Counted from the first letter of the stretch, positions 21,910-30,066 are shown. The stretch is DNA of 64,000 bases from Thermoplasmata archaeon (GCA_035504395.1 DATJRX010000042.1:593-64592); one strand, 5' to 3'. Numbers and translations: made by a program. Notes: a model not told the origin generated them from the sequence alone.

Positions 21910-22326
21910 CTACCCGATGCCGAGCGTCCCGAACACCTCGGGCCGCAGGAGCTGATCGCGCAGCTCGGTCGGCCCGTAGACCAGAGCGCCGGCGGGACCG
22001 GCCACCCGGGTCCAGTCGATCCCCTGCTCCTTGAACTCGGACGGTTCGGCGCCGACCTCGATCACGGTCTCGGTGAGCCGCAGGGGGACGGACGTCCCGT
22101 CGCGGGCGAGGAGCAGCACGTCGCTTGCTTCGTCCCAGACGACCCACGAGAGCGGCACGACGACCTTGAGATGCACCAGCCGGGGCCGGAACTGGCTCTC
22201 GGACTCGGTTTCGGTTCGTCCGAAGACGGCCACGGTTCGACCGTCGACCTCGGCGAGCCGTTCGAACGAGAACGATCGCTGCCGGAACTCGAGAACGTTG
22301 ACCTCGAGGTCGGCCGGGGTCAACAC
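21910..22326 (-). CDS. hypothetical protein
   Basis: 138-aa ORF (GTG start) with GC-rich third positions and a balanced amino-acid composition. No family recognised. Confidence 0.5.
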   Translation of the reverse strand: MLTPADLEVNVLEFRQRSFSFERLAEVDGRTVAVFGRTETESESQFRPRLVHLKVVVPLSWVVWDEASDVLLLARDGTSVPLRLTETVIEVGAEPSEFKEQGIDWTRVAGPAGALVYGPTELRDQLLRPEVFGTLGIG

Positions 22327-22400
22327 GGCGCGCGGAGCGGGGCCGGGTACATAACGGACCGCGACCGGGGCGTTCTCCGCCGACGGGCCGCCGGGCAGCC

Positions 22401-22407
22401 TTATAAA
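22401..22407 (+). promoter_or_regulatory. TATA box candidate for the eL41 gene
   Basis: ttataaa AT island ~40 nt upstream of ATG 22446. Confidence 0.5.
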
Positions 22408-22445
22408 CGGACGGCCCTACCCGCGCCCCATCGGACGCTCCTCGG

Positions 22446-22553
22446 ATGAAACGTTCCTCTCGGGTTTGGAAGAAGCGGGGCCACATGCGCTGGAAATGGC
22501 GCAAGAAGCGCATGCGTCGACGCATGCGGGCCCAGAAGATGCGCCAGCAGTAG
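22446..22553 (+). CDS. rpl41e: 50S ribosomal protein eL41 (35 aa, not in ORF track)
   Basis: Hand translation gives MKRSSRVWKKRGHMRWKWRKKRMRRRMRAQKMRQQ*. This matches the extremely basic eL41 pattern (KWKKKGRMRWKWxKKR) as I remember it. Confidence 0.85.
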   Translation: MKRSSRVWKKRGHMRWKWRKKRMRRRMRAQKMRQQ

Positions 22554-22565
22554 CGACCCGGGCGG

Positions 22566-23249
22566 TCAGCCGGCCCGCGGACCCGGTGCCGGGCGCGAGC
22601 GCGCGAGGTACGCGGAGACGAGGAAGATCCACAACAGCACGGAGCCGAGGAACACCCGCTCGATGAGCCCGCCGGCCTCGTCGGCGACCCGATGCACGAG
22701 GTTCGCTCCGACGAGCTCCACGACCACGAGCAGGATCGTGACGCCCGCGAGCGCGAGCGACCATCCCTGCGCCGGCCGCAGGACCGCGGAGTGCTCGAAC
22801 CGGGTCGCGAACCAGTAGGTCCCGAGCGCGCCTCCGAGGAACGCGAGGACCGCGACCACGAGGTGGATCGCCCCGTGCCACGAGACCGGCGTCGCCGGCA
22901 CGTCCGTCGGGAACGCGGCGAGGAGGAACGCGCCGACCCCCCAGACCAGGAACGCGGCGTAGGCCCGCCGATACTGGCGCCACGAGCCGCCCTCGGCGGC
23001 GACGGTCCGGGCGAACGCCGCGAGGAACAACAGCGTGAGGGCGCCGCGCAGCACGAAGTTCGCGGTCATGATCCCGCCGTACGGACCGACCGCGAGATCG
23101 CTCTCCGCCTGCGAGATCGGACTGTAGTGCGGCGGCAGCAGCTGCGCGATCGCGTCCAGCACGACGTACCCGACGATCGCGACGCAGACGAGGGCGAACC
23201 ACCGGCGGGCCTCGGGCGGCGGCACCTCGCGCGCGGGGGTCGTCACCAT
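22566..23249 (-). CDS. integral membrane protein, DUF998-like (about 6 TM)
   Basis: 227 aa from ATG 23249, in the frame of track ORF 22566..23597. Hydrophobic repeats. Its start overlaps the upstream microprotein stop (ATGGTGA). Confidence 0.55.
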   Translation of the reverse strand: MVTTPAREVPPPEARRWFALVCVAIVGYVVLDAIAQLLPPHYSPISQAESDLAVGPYGGIMTANFVLRGALTLLFLAAFARTVAAEGGSWRQYRRAYAAFLVWGVGAFLLAAFPTDVPATPVSWHGAIHLVVAVLAFLGGALGTYWFATRFEHSAVLRPAQGWSLALAGVTILLVVVELVGANLVHRVADEAGGLIERVFLGSVLLWIFLVSAYLARSRPAPGPRAG

Positions 23250-23455
23250 CCGAGCCTCTCGAGCTTGCGCGCGGACTTGGTCTCCTTCTTCCACTCCTTG
23301 TAGTGGTCGCGGCAGAGCGGGGCCCGACGCCCTCTCTCGGGCAGCTGGGGGAACACCTTGCGGGCCTCCGCCAGCGCGAGCCGGCGCGCCGAGGGCGAGC
23401 CGCACCCCGGGACGAGGCAGGGCTCTTCGGCGGTCGCCTCCTCGTCGGGGCTCAT
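23243..23455 (-). CDS. Cys/His-containing basic microprotein (70 aa), unknown function
   Basis: [22 protein letters not shown]...[25 protein letters not shown], the last 70 codons of track ORF 23243..24130. The ATG overlaps the sucD stop (ATGA). Third positions are GC-rich. Confidence 0.55.
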   Translation of the reverse strand: MSPDEEATAEEPCLVPGCGSPSARRLALAEARKVFPQLPERGRRAPLCRDHYKEWKKETKSARKLERLGW

Positions 23456-24336
23456 CGACGGGCCTGGCGCGCGACGATCGCCGCGACCATGTCCGGGATC
23501 TCGTACGGGAATCGGGCGACCTGGGCCCCGGCCTTCTGGAGCGCCGCGAGCTTGGTTTCCGCCGTGCCGCGACCGCGCGAGATGATCGCGCCCGCATGGC
23601 CCATGCGCTTCCCCGGCGGGGCGCTGCGCCCGGCGATGTAGGCGACGACCGGCTTCGTGACGTGGGCGTGGATGTACTCCGCCGCCTCCTCCTCGGCGGT
23701 GCCGCCGATCTCCCCGACCATCACGATCAGATCGGTCTCGGGATCGGCCTGGAACAGCGGGAGCGCGTCCACGAACGAGGTGCCGACGACCGGGTCGCCG
23801 CCGAGCCCGATGCAGGTGGACTGGCCGAGGCCGTGCTCCTTGATGCCGTTCACGATCTCGTAGGTCAGCGTCCCGCTGCGGGAGATGACGCCGACGCGTC
23901 CGGGCTGGAAGACGACGTTCGGGATGATCCCGACCTTCGCCTTCCCCGGCGCCGCGATGCCGGGGCAGTTCGGCCCGATGATCCGGGCGCCCTTCGACCG
24001 GGCGTAGTGGTACATCACGAGCATGTCGTGGAACGGGATGTGCTCGGTCACCACGACCGCGAGCCGGATCCCCGCATCGACCGTCTCGAGGAGCGCGTCC
24101 TTGGCGAACGGCGCGGGCACGAAGATGCACGCGGCGTTGGCCCGGGCCGCCTGGACCGCCTCGTGGACCGAGTCGAAGACCGGGACCCCCTCGACCTCGA
24201 CGCCGGCCTTCCCCGGAGTGACGCCGGCCACGACCTTCGTGCCGAACGCCTTCATCTGCCGGGTATGGACCGTCCCCTGGTGGCCGGTGATCCCCTGGAC
24301 GACGACCCGGGTCTCCGCGTCGACGAGGACCGTCAT
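23452..24336 (-). CDS. sucD: succinyl-CoA synthetase alpha subunit
   Basis: 294 aa from ATG 24336. [11 protein letters not shown] CoA-binding start and phosphohistidine loop RMGHAGAII. The ATG overlaps the sucC stop. Confidence 0.95.
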   Translation of the reverse strand: MTVLVDAETRVVVQGITGHQGTVHTRQMKAFGTKVVAGVTPGKAGVEVEGVPVFDSVHEAVQAARANAACIFVPAPFAKDALLETVDAGIRLAVVVTEHIPFHDMLVMYHYARSKGARIIGPNCPGIAAPGKAKVGIIPNVVFQPGRVGVISRSGTLTYEIVNGIKEHGLGQSTCIGLGGDPVVGTSFVDALPLFQADPETDLIVMVGEIGGTAEEEAAEYIHAHVTKPVVAYIAGRSAPPGKRMGHAGAIISRGRGTAETKLAALQKAGAQVARFPYEIPDMVAAIVARQARR

Positions 24337-25466
24337 GTGGGCCCCCGGGCCGCGGCCACGACCGCCTGCGCCGACTCCTTGAGGCTCGGGATCGAGGTGA
24401 TCCCGGCCGCGCGGAGGATCTCGATGCCTTCCTTCTCGTTGTTGCCTCGGATCCGCGCGATGAGCGGGAACCGCTCGGACGCGGGCACCTGCTGCATCGC
24501 GGCCACGAGTCCGGTCGCGACCGTGTCGCACCGGGTGACCCCGCCGAAGATGTTCAGGAAGACCGCCCGCGGCCGCGCCTGGGCCATCAGGAGGAACGCC
24601 TCGGTGACTTTCCTCGGATCGTCGGTCCCACCGAGATCGAGGAAGACGCCGGGGTTCCCGCCGAACTCCTTCAGGACGTCGAGCGTGGCCATCGTGAGCC
24701 CCGCGCCGTTCGCGATCACGCCGATGTTCCCGTCGAGCTGGACGAACGCGATCTCCTTCTCGCGGGCGATCTCCTCGAGGGGCGTGCGGTCGTCGCGAAT
24801 GTCGGCGTACTCCGGATGGCGGAACGCCGCATCGTCCTCGATGATCACCTTGGCATCGAGCGCGACCAGACCGTCGCCCACGATCGCGAGCGGATTGATC
24901 TCGACGAGCTCCGAGTCCTCCGCCTGGAAGAGGCGCCAGAGCGCGGGGAGCAGACGGTCGAGCGACGCGGCCGGAGCGCCCGTGAGCCCGAGGGCCTTCG
25001 AGATCCTTCGCCGCTCGTAGGAGACGAGCCCCGGGAACGGGTCGACCGGGACCCGGTCGATCGCAGCGTCGTCGACGGACTCGATCTCGACCCCACCCTG
25101 GGCGCTCGCGATGACGATCGGCAAGCGGAGGCTCCGATCGAGCGTGATCGAGAGGTACAGTTCGCGACCGATCGAAAGCTTCTCCTCGAGAAGGATCTCC
25201 TTGACCTTCTCGCCCTTGAACTCGAGCCCGAGGATCGCCTCGGCGGCGACCTGGACCTCCTCGGGGGTGTTCGCGAAGCGCACCGCGCCCCCCTTGCCGC
25301 GCCCGCCCGAGAGCACCTGCGCCTTGACGACGCACGGCAGCGGAACTGCTCCCAGTCGGACGAGCTGCTCCGCTTCCGCGCCCGATCGGGCCACCTGGCC
25401 CCGCGGCAGCGGCACGCCGTACTTCCGGAAGAGCTCCTTTCCTCTCCACTCCGCGAGCTTGACCAT
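24333..25466 (-). CDS. sucC: succinyl-CoA synthetase beta subunit
   Basis: 377-aa ORF. ATP-grasp N-terminus (EWRGKELFRKYGVPLPRG, VVKAQVLSGGRGKGG) and ligase-CoA domain. Confidence 0.95.
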   Translation of the reverse strand: MVKLAEWRGKELFRKYGVPLPRGQVARSGAEAEQLVRLGAVPLPCVVKAQVLSGGRGKGGAVRFANTPEEVQVAAEAILGLEFKGEKVKEILLEEKLSIGRELYLSITLDRSLRLPIVIASAQGGVEIESVDDAAIDRVPVDPFPGLVSYERRRISKALGLTGAPAASLDRLLPALWRLFQAEDSELVEINPLAIVGDGLVALDAKVIIEDDAAFRHPEYADIRDDRTPLEEIAREKEIAFVQLDGNIGVIANGAGLTMATLDVLKEFGGNPGVFLDLGGTDDPRKVTEAFLLMAQARPRAVFLNIFGGVTRCDTVATGLVAAMQQVPASERFPLIARIRGNNEKEGIEILRAAGITSIPSLKESAQAVVAAARGPT

Positions 25467-25496
25467 GCCGAACCTCGGGCGCGCCGAGGCCGGACC

Positions 25497-25505
25497 GATA
25501 TTAAG
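25497..25505 (-). promoter_or_regulatory. TATA box candidate for sucC, overlapping the coaBC stop codon
   Basis: Minus strand reads cttaatatc, centred ~30 nt upstream of ATG 25466. The TAA of coaBC (25501-25503) lies inside it. Confidence 0.45.
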
Positions 25506-26844
25506 GGCGCGCCTTGCCGCGCCGCGCGGACGCGGCTCGACGCGGCCGGGGGCGGCGGCGGTGGGCGTCCGGTCCCCGCGCCTCGGGAGGCGAGGGCTCG
25601 GGCGCGCCGGCGGTGAGGTTCGACAGGTCTCGGCCCAGTTCGTCCAACAGACGGCCTGCGAACTCGGGCTTGGGCCCGCGGATCCAGTGCCGGTCGCCGC
25701 GGGGCGTCAGCACGAGCGCATCGGTGGAGGCGCTGCCCATCGTGGCCGCATCGTTCGCGATCACCCAGTCCGCTCCGGTCTCGTCCCGGAGGCGCTCCGC
25801 CTCGGTCGCGAGGCGTTCGGGCCCTTCGCCGGCGAGGAGCTTGAAGGCGACGAGGCGGACCGGCGGCGGGGCGAGCCGACGCAGCTCGGGCAGGATCTTC
25901 GGCGCGCGTCGCAACGTGAGGTCGAGCGTGGGGTGGTCGCGCGACGCGATCTTCCCGCTGCGCCGGTCAACGCTGAAGTCGGAGAGCGCCGCCGGGACGA
26001 TGACCCCCGCCGCGCGCTGGAGGGTCGCCGGCTCGCGGCGGGCGAGCGCGAGCAGGTCCTCGACGCTGCCCCATCGTACGGCCGCGAGGAACGAGGGGAT
26101 CGGAACCTCTACCGAGCCCAACCAGAGGTCGACCTCCGCGCCGCGGTAGTGCGCCTGGGTCGCCAGCGCCAGCGCGGTCGCCCCCGAGCTCTCGTTCGTC
26201 AGGGATCGGACCGCGTCGACCGGTTCTCGGGAGGCCCCCCCGATCACGACGACCCGCCGCCCCGCCCAGGGCCCGCGGGCCATGCGGTGCAGCACCGCGG
26301 CGGCAATCTCCTCCGGGGTCGCGAGCTTCTCCTCGCCCTCGGTCGCCGCGCCGGTCACCAGTCCGACGCCCCATCCCCGGAGCTTCTCGAGGCTCTCGGC
26401 CACCGCCGGATTCCGGGCCATGTCCGCGTGCATCGCGGGTGCGAGCAGCATGGGGACCCCTCCCCCGAGCGCCACCGACGCGCAGGACGTCACCACGGTG
26501 TCGTCGATCCCGTGGGCGATCTTCGAGATCGTGTTCGCGGTCGCGGGCGCGACCAGATAGAGGTCCGCCTGTCCTTCGCCCGGGCCGAGCAGGGTCACGT
26601 GCTCGACGTTGCCGGAGAGCTGGGTGACCGCCGGGTGGCCGGTGGCGAACTCGAGCGCCTCGGGCGTCACGATCCGCGCCGCGTCGGGGCTCATGACCGC
26701 GCGCACGTCCGCCCCGTGCCGGATCAGTTCGCGGACGATCTTCGGGACCTCGACGGCCGCGATCGATCCCGAGACCCCGACGAGCACCCGTCGACCGTCC
26801 AGGAGGCGGGTCGTGCGACCCCGGATCGCTCGGCTCGGATGCAC
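25501..26844 (-). CDS. coaBC: bifunctional phosphopantothenoylcysteine decarboxylase / phosphopantothenate-cysteine ligase
   Basis: Flavoprotein domain RRVLVGVSGSIAAVEVPKIVRELIRHGADVRAVMSP followed by a CoaB domain. GTG 26844 was chosen by homology to Dfp N-termini. The upstream part of track ORF 25501..27195 is antisense to the HAD gene. Confidence 0.85.
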   Translation of the reverse strand: MHPSRAIRGRTTRLLDGRRVLVGVSGSIAAVEVPKIVRELIRHGADVRAVMSPDAARIVTPEALEFATGHPAVTQLSGNVEHVTLLGPGEGQADLYLVAPATANTISKIAHGIDDTVVTSCASVALGGGVPMLLAPAMHADMARNPAVAESLEKLRGWGVGLVTGAATEGEEKLATPEEIAAAVLHRMARGPWAGRRVVVIGGASREPVDAVRSLTNESSGATALALATQAHYRGAEVDLWLGSVEVPIPSFLAAVRWGSVEDLLALARREPATLQRAAGVIVPAALSDFSVDRRSGKIASRDHPTLDLTLRRAPKILPELRRLAPPPVRLVAFKLLAGEGPERLATEAERLRDETGADWVIANDAATMGSASTDALVLTPRGDRHWIRGPKPEFAGRLLDELGRDLSNLTAGAPEPSPPEARGPDAHRRRPRPRRAASARRGKARP

Positions 26845-26917
26845 GTGACCACCGCCGGGCGCGCCGGCTCCCGGGCAAGCTCGGTGGGGTAAAAGAGGGT
26901 CGCTCGGAGCGCCGTCC

Positions 26918-26926
26918 CTTAAAGAG
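26918..26926 (+). promoter_or_regulatory. TATA box candidate for the HAD gene (leaderless at ATG 26948)
   Basis: cttaaagag AT island centred ~27 nt upstream of ATG 26948. A second AT island, gtaaaagag (26889..26897), faces coaBC. Confidence 0.45.
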
Positions 26927-26947
26927 GGGGCGAGCTTGCTCGGACCG

Positions 26948-27802
26948 ATGGACACCGGCCCCTCGAAGGCGCGCGTGGCGTCGGAGCCGTCCCTGATCGG
27001 GCTCGAGCTCCCGATGGTGGCGGCGACGAGCCAGTACGCCGAGATCGGCCACCTCGCCGGGCGACCGAAGGAGCCCCTGCCCCCCCGGCGGGTCGAGCGT
27101 GGGGTCGTGGTGTTCGATCTCGACGGAACGATCCTGGACGACCTCGGCCGGATCAGCGACGTGGCCGCCGACGTCATGGCGTCGGCGTTCGGCACCCCGG
27201 CGTCCGAGGCGCGTCTTCACTATCTCGCGACCACGGGGATGCCGTTCGAGGCGCAGCTCGCCCAGCTCTATCCCACGGCCCCCGCCGCGCTGCGCGCGGC
27301 GACCGCGCGCACGTTCCATCAGCGGAAGGTCGCCGAAGCGTACGCGAAGGCGAAGCCGTTCCCCGAGGTGCCGAAGCTGCTGAAGCGCCTCGGCGGGGAC
27401 CGATGGACCCTCGCGGTCTCGACCGGCGCAGAGACCGAGATGGCCGACCTGCTGCTCGAGCGGGAAGGTCTGCGGTTCTGGTTCGAGGACGTCCTCGGGT
27501 CGGGCGAGGGGACGAAGCGGGAGCATCTCGCGGAGTACCGCCGACGGTTCCCCGACGTCCCGATGTTCCTGGTCGGGGACTCGCGGTTCGACATGGAGGC
27601 CGCCTCGTCGGTCCCCGGAGTCCTTCCGGTCGGGCGGGCGTCGCGGCTGAAGGACTGGACGCTGTCCCCGCTGGACCTCAAGAAGTGGGGGGCGCGCTGG
27701 GCCGAGTACACCCTGAGCGATCTCCCCGAGGCGCTGGACCGGCTCGCGCGGCCGCGGGCCCCCCGGCCCAAGGCGCGGCGCGTGCGCGGGAAGAAGCCGT
27801 AG
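26948..27802 (+). CDS. HAD-superfamily hydrolase
   Basis: Motif I VVFDLDGTILDD and a later GDSRFD motif. The track ORF starts at TTG 26936. Basic C-terminal tail. Confidence 0.8.
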   Translation: MDTGPSKARVASEPSLIGLELPMVAATSQYAEIGHLAGRPKEPLPPRRVERGVVVFDLDGTILDDLGRISDVAADVMASAFGTPASEARLHYLATTGMPFEAQLAQLYPTAPAALRAATARTFHQRKVAEAYAKAKPFPEVPKLLKRLGGDRWTLAVSTGAETEMADLLLEREGLRFWFEDVLGSGEGTKREHLAEYRRRFPDVPMFLVGDSRFDMEAASSVPGVLPVGRASRLKDWTLSPLDLKKWGARWAEYTLSDLPEALDRLARPRAPRPKARRVRGKKP

Positions 27803-27910
27803 GGCCGGGACCGAGAGGTCCAGGGCGCGGGGTTCGGCCCCGCTCCCGTTTGAACCCGGGTCGAGGGATCCACAGTCCCCCAGGATAGGCCAAGCTACCC
27901 CATCCCGGCC
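27803..27910 (-). tRNA. tRNA-His (anticodon GUG) with a ~32-nt intron in the T-loop
   Basis: Hand-folded minus strand: G(-1), acceptor GCCGGGA/UCCCGGC, U8, D arm GGGU-AGCUUGGCCUA-UCCU, anticodon arm GGGGA-CUGUGGA-UCCCU, variable CGAC, T stem CCGGG/CUCGG. The T-loop UUCAAA is interrupted by 27816..27848. C73 pairs with G-1. No CCA is encoded. Confidence 0.8.
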
Positions 27911-27935
27911 GCGAGCGATGGAGGTCGGGAGCGCC

Positions 27936-27946
27936 AGAAAAGGTTT
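27936..27946 (-). promoter_or_regulatory. TATA-like element for tRNA-His
   Basis: Minus strand aaaccttttct centred ~30 nt upstream of the tRNA 5' end. Confidence 0.35.
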
Positions 27947-27953
27947 GCCTTGG

Positions 27954-28160
27954 TTAGCGGGCCGGCGGGGCCCCGGTCTCGGGAGCCTCGTGCTCGCGCA
28001 GCCAACGGCGGCGCTCCGCGCCCTCGCCGCGACCGACCTGCACGAAGAACGCGCCGAAGCCGATCGCGAGGAACGCCCCGAGCCAGCCCCCGGCGTACTC
28101 CCACCCGGCACCGGACCAGAGGAGTCCCACGATCAGAGCGACCCCCATGGCGATGACCAT
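27954..28160 (-). CDS. hypothetical small membrane protein (68 aa, 2 TM)
   Basis: MVIAMGVALIVGLLWSGAGWEYAGGWLGAFLAIGFGAFFVQVGRGEG..., the C-terminal end of track ORF 27954..29387. The rest of that ORF is a shadow frame. The start is uncertain (GTG 28175 is possible). Confidence 0.4.
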   Translation of the reverse strand: MVIAMGVALIVGLLWSGAGWEYAGGWLGAFLAIGFGAFFVQVGRGEGAERRRWLREHEAPETGAPPAR

Positions 28161-28350
28161 CGCCCCGCCCAGCACGAACGTGGTCTCGCGGAGCAGTCCG
28201 CGGGTCTCGGGTCGTAGCGCTCCCCGACCCCAAGGACGGCCGACCGGCACCGGGGGATCTCGCGGCACGGGTATCGCCCTCGGCCGCGAGGCGTCGCAAG
28301 CGTAAAGTCCGCTCGGGCGACGGCCGGGCGCGTCCCTCGGGAGGGAGTCG

Positions 28351-28716
28351 ATGGCGGCGGCGGACGACCGGCGGATAGGGTTCCTCTTCGGGGTGCTGGC
28401 CGCCGTCCTCCTCCTGGTCGCGGCCCTGCTGAGCCTGATCGTCGGGATCGCGTTCCTCGTCACCGGGGCCTTCCACCCCGCGGCGGGCTCGATCGGCGCT
28501 TCGGTGATCGAGGTGGTCGTGGCGCTGCTGATCGGATTTTTCGCGTTCCTCGGTCGCGGGCGGGGCGGCGACCGCAGCGTGACCGCCGGGATCGTGCTCA
28601 TCGTCCTGGCGGTCGTCGGCTGGCTCGCGCTCGGATTTGGGGGGAGTCTGCTCGCGATCCTTGCGTCGATCTTCGCCCTGATCGCGGGGGTCCTCTTCGT
28701 GCTCGCCGGACGCTGA
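28351..28716 (+). CDS. hypothetical membrane protein (4 TM)
   Basis: 121-aa ORF preceded by GGGAGGGAG. Four hydrophobic helices. No family recognised. Confidence 0.55.
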   Translation: MAAADDRRIGFLFGVLAAVLLLVAALLSLIVGIAFLVTGAFHPAAGSIGASVIEVVVALLIGFFAFLGRGRGGDRSVTAGIVLIVLAVVGWLALGFGGSLLAILASIFALIAGVLFVLAGR

Positions 28717-28782
28717 CCGCGCGTCGGCCGCCGTGAGCGACGGAAGCGCACGGTGTTCGGGAGTCGAGTGCGGGAAACGGAC

Positions 28783-28822
28783 AAAAAAAAAGGGGCCGGA
28801 CCCCCGGTGAGGGGGCCCGGAC
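28783..28822 (-). terminator. GC hairpin followed by a T9 run (minus strand)
   Basis: Minus strand reads ccgggccccctcaccgggggtccggcccc followed by ttttttttt, directly downstream of the stop at 28841. This is the only long homopolymer run I saw in the window. Confidence 0.65.
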
Positions 28823-28840
28823 GGCCGGTCGGACTCTTGC

Positions 28841-29398
28841 TCAGCTGCCGGTCACCGTGACGTCGATCGCGGTGACGCCCGGCTGAGCGGACGTGGCGGG
28901 GACCCCGGTGTCGATGTTGATCACGGCACTGCACATCGCCGGCGCGGAGGTCGGGCCGCAGCCGATCGAGACCGTGCTGGTCGTCATGCTCGTCGCGGAG
29001 CCGAACTCCGAGGAGATCACGAACACGTCGGTGTACGTGCCCGCGGTCAGGGTGTCGGCGCTGCTGAAGGTGAGCTGCAGGACGAAGTCGGAGACGCCGG
29101 AGCAGGCGCCCGGGCCGCCCGAGACCCAGGCCGTGACGACGACGTTGGACGCGCTGCCGCCGTTGGTGTTGGCCGTGCAGGTGCCGCCCGTGCCGTCGGT
29201 CCCGGTCATGTACACGCTGCCCGAGAGGCCGGGCTGGTAGATCGTATTCGCCGTCGCGATCGCGCCCTGGTTGCCCTGGACGGTGATCGCCCCGAAACCG
29301 GCGAACAGCCCGCTGGCCAGGGCGAACCCGGCCACCATCATCGACATTGCCGCGATCGTCGCTACGTAGACCGTCCGGGAGCGCCACTTCGATTTCAT
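28841..29398 (-). CDS. small secreted/anchored Thr-Ser-Gly-rich protein (185 aa)
   Basis: MKSKWRSRTVYVATIAAMSMMVAGFALASG... (basic N-terminus plus hydrophobic segment), then a T/S/G-rich sequence with four Cys. ATG 29398 is preceded by GAGGCGG. The upstream part of track ORF 28841..30184 is a shadow. Confidence 0.65.
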   Translation of the reverse strand: MKSKWRSRTVYVATIAAMSMMVAGFALASGLFAGFGAITVQGNQGAIATANTIYQPGLSGSVYMTGTDGTGGTCTANTNGGSASNVVVTAWVSGGPGACSGVSDFVLQLTFSSADTLTAGTYTDVFVISSEFGSATSMTTSTVSIGCGPTSAPAMCSAVINIDTGVPATSAQPGVTAIDVTVTGS

Positions 29399-29433
29399 CG
29401 AGCCGCCTCGCGACAGTCGAGATGGCGCGGGTG

Positions 29434-29445
29434 CGTATTTATACG
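29434..29445. promoter_or_regulatory. near-palindromic TATA element cgtatttatacg between divergent genes
   Basis: The strongest AT island in this region. ~40 nt from the minus-strand ATG 29398 and ~65 nt from the plus-strand ATG 29509. Confidence 0.5.
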
Positions 29446-29508
29446 TATTGAACTCCTCTTCCTCTCGGAGGTCCGCCTCCGCCCAGGGGGCGGCCACGGT
29501 ACGGCCGG

Positions 29509-30066
29509 ATGTCGGCCGATTCGGAGAGTCCACCGGCCCCGCGCGGGGCGACCGCGACGGTCGACGAGCCCGCTCCGGCCCGCGGGTGGCGGGCGGGTCT
29601 TGCGGAGAGCTTTCCCCTGCTCGCCGCGGCGATCGTGTTCGCGGTCCTCGGGGCGATCGCGGCGTCGCGCGGGCTCGATGTCGGGCCGGCGCACATTCAC
29701 CTTTCGGTCCTGCTCTACGCGCTCGCCGCGGTCGCGGCCGTGGGCGCCATCGTCGCCGGGCTGAGCGCCTCCGAGGACGAGGAGACGCCGCCGACGCCGG
29801 TGTCCTCCGAGGCGCCCGCCGCTTCGGCGGCCGACGATATCGGTCGACCCCGTCCATCGGTCGTTCGTGGGACGCGGGTGGATGCCGCCCCGGCGCCGTG
29901 GATGGAGGACGACGAGCCGCTGCCCCCGCGCCGACCCGTGGCTCGCCCGGCCCCCACTCCCCCGTCCGGGGAGATCGACCGCGCGCTCGACGAGATCGAC
30001 GCGATCCAGACCGCCCTCGATCGTCGACCCCCACGGAGCCGAGCGACCGCCCCCACCGAATCTTGA
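29509..30066 (+). CDS. hypothetical 2-TM protein, paralog 1 (Pro-rich linker, C-terminal RALDEI helix)
   Basis: 185-aa ORF. Shares TM2 (LAAVAAVGAIVAGLSA) and the C-terminal IDRALDEIDAIQTAL motif with the next gene. Confidence 0.6.
   Translation: MSADSESPPAPRGATATVDEPAPARGWRAGLAESFPLLAAAIVFAVLGAIAASRGLDVGPAHIHLSVLLYALAAVAAVGAIVAGLSASEDEETPPTPVSSEAPAASAADDIGRPRPSVVRGTRVDAAPAPWMEDDEPLPPRRPVARPAPTPPSGEIDRALDEIDAIQTALDRRPPRSRATAPTES

Noticed and set aside
27803-27910. Reading the interrupted tRNA-His as a truncated tRNA fragment or integrase att site marking a mobile element
   Set aside because: The missing T-stem strand, acceptor strand and discriminator are present in perfect register 33 nt further on. 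No integrase or direct repeat of the tRNA 3' half is nearby, and the flanking genes are core housekeeping genes. An intron explains the data better.
25967-28111. 714-aa minus-strand ORF spanning coaBC, the HAD gene and the tRNA
   Set aside because: It runs through a different frame of coaBC, antisense to the HAD gene and across the tRNA-His gene. The composition is RG-rich. It is not a gene.
28783-28791. A9/T9 homopolymer as a programmed slippage site or phase-variation tract
   Set aside because: It is intergenic, lying between the stop at 28716 (plus) and the stop at 28841 (minus). It directly follows a GC hairpin on the minus strand, so a transcription terminator is the simpler reading.
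27954-29387. 477-aa minus-strand ORF
   Set aside because: Only the last 68 codons (small 2-TM protein) look like coding sequence. The rest is antisense to the membrane-protein gene 28351..28716 or out of frame with the secreted-protein gene 28841..29398, crosses the T9 terminator, and has shadow-frame composition.
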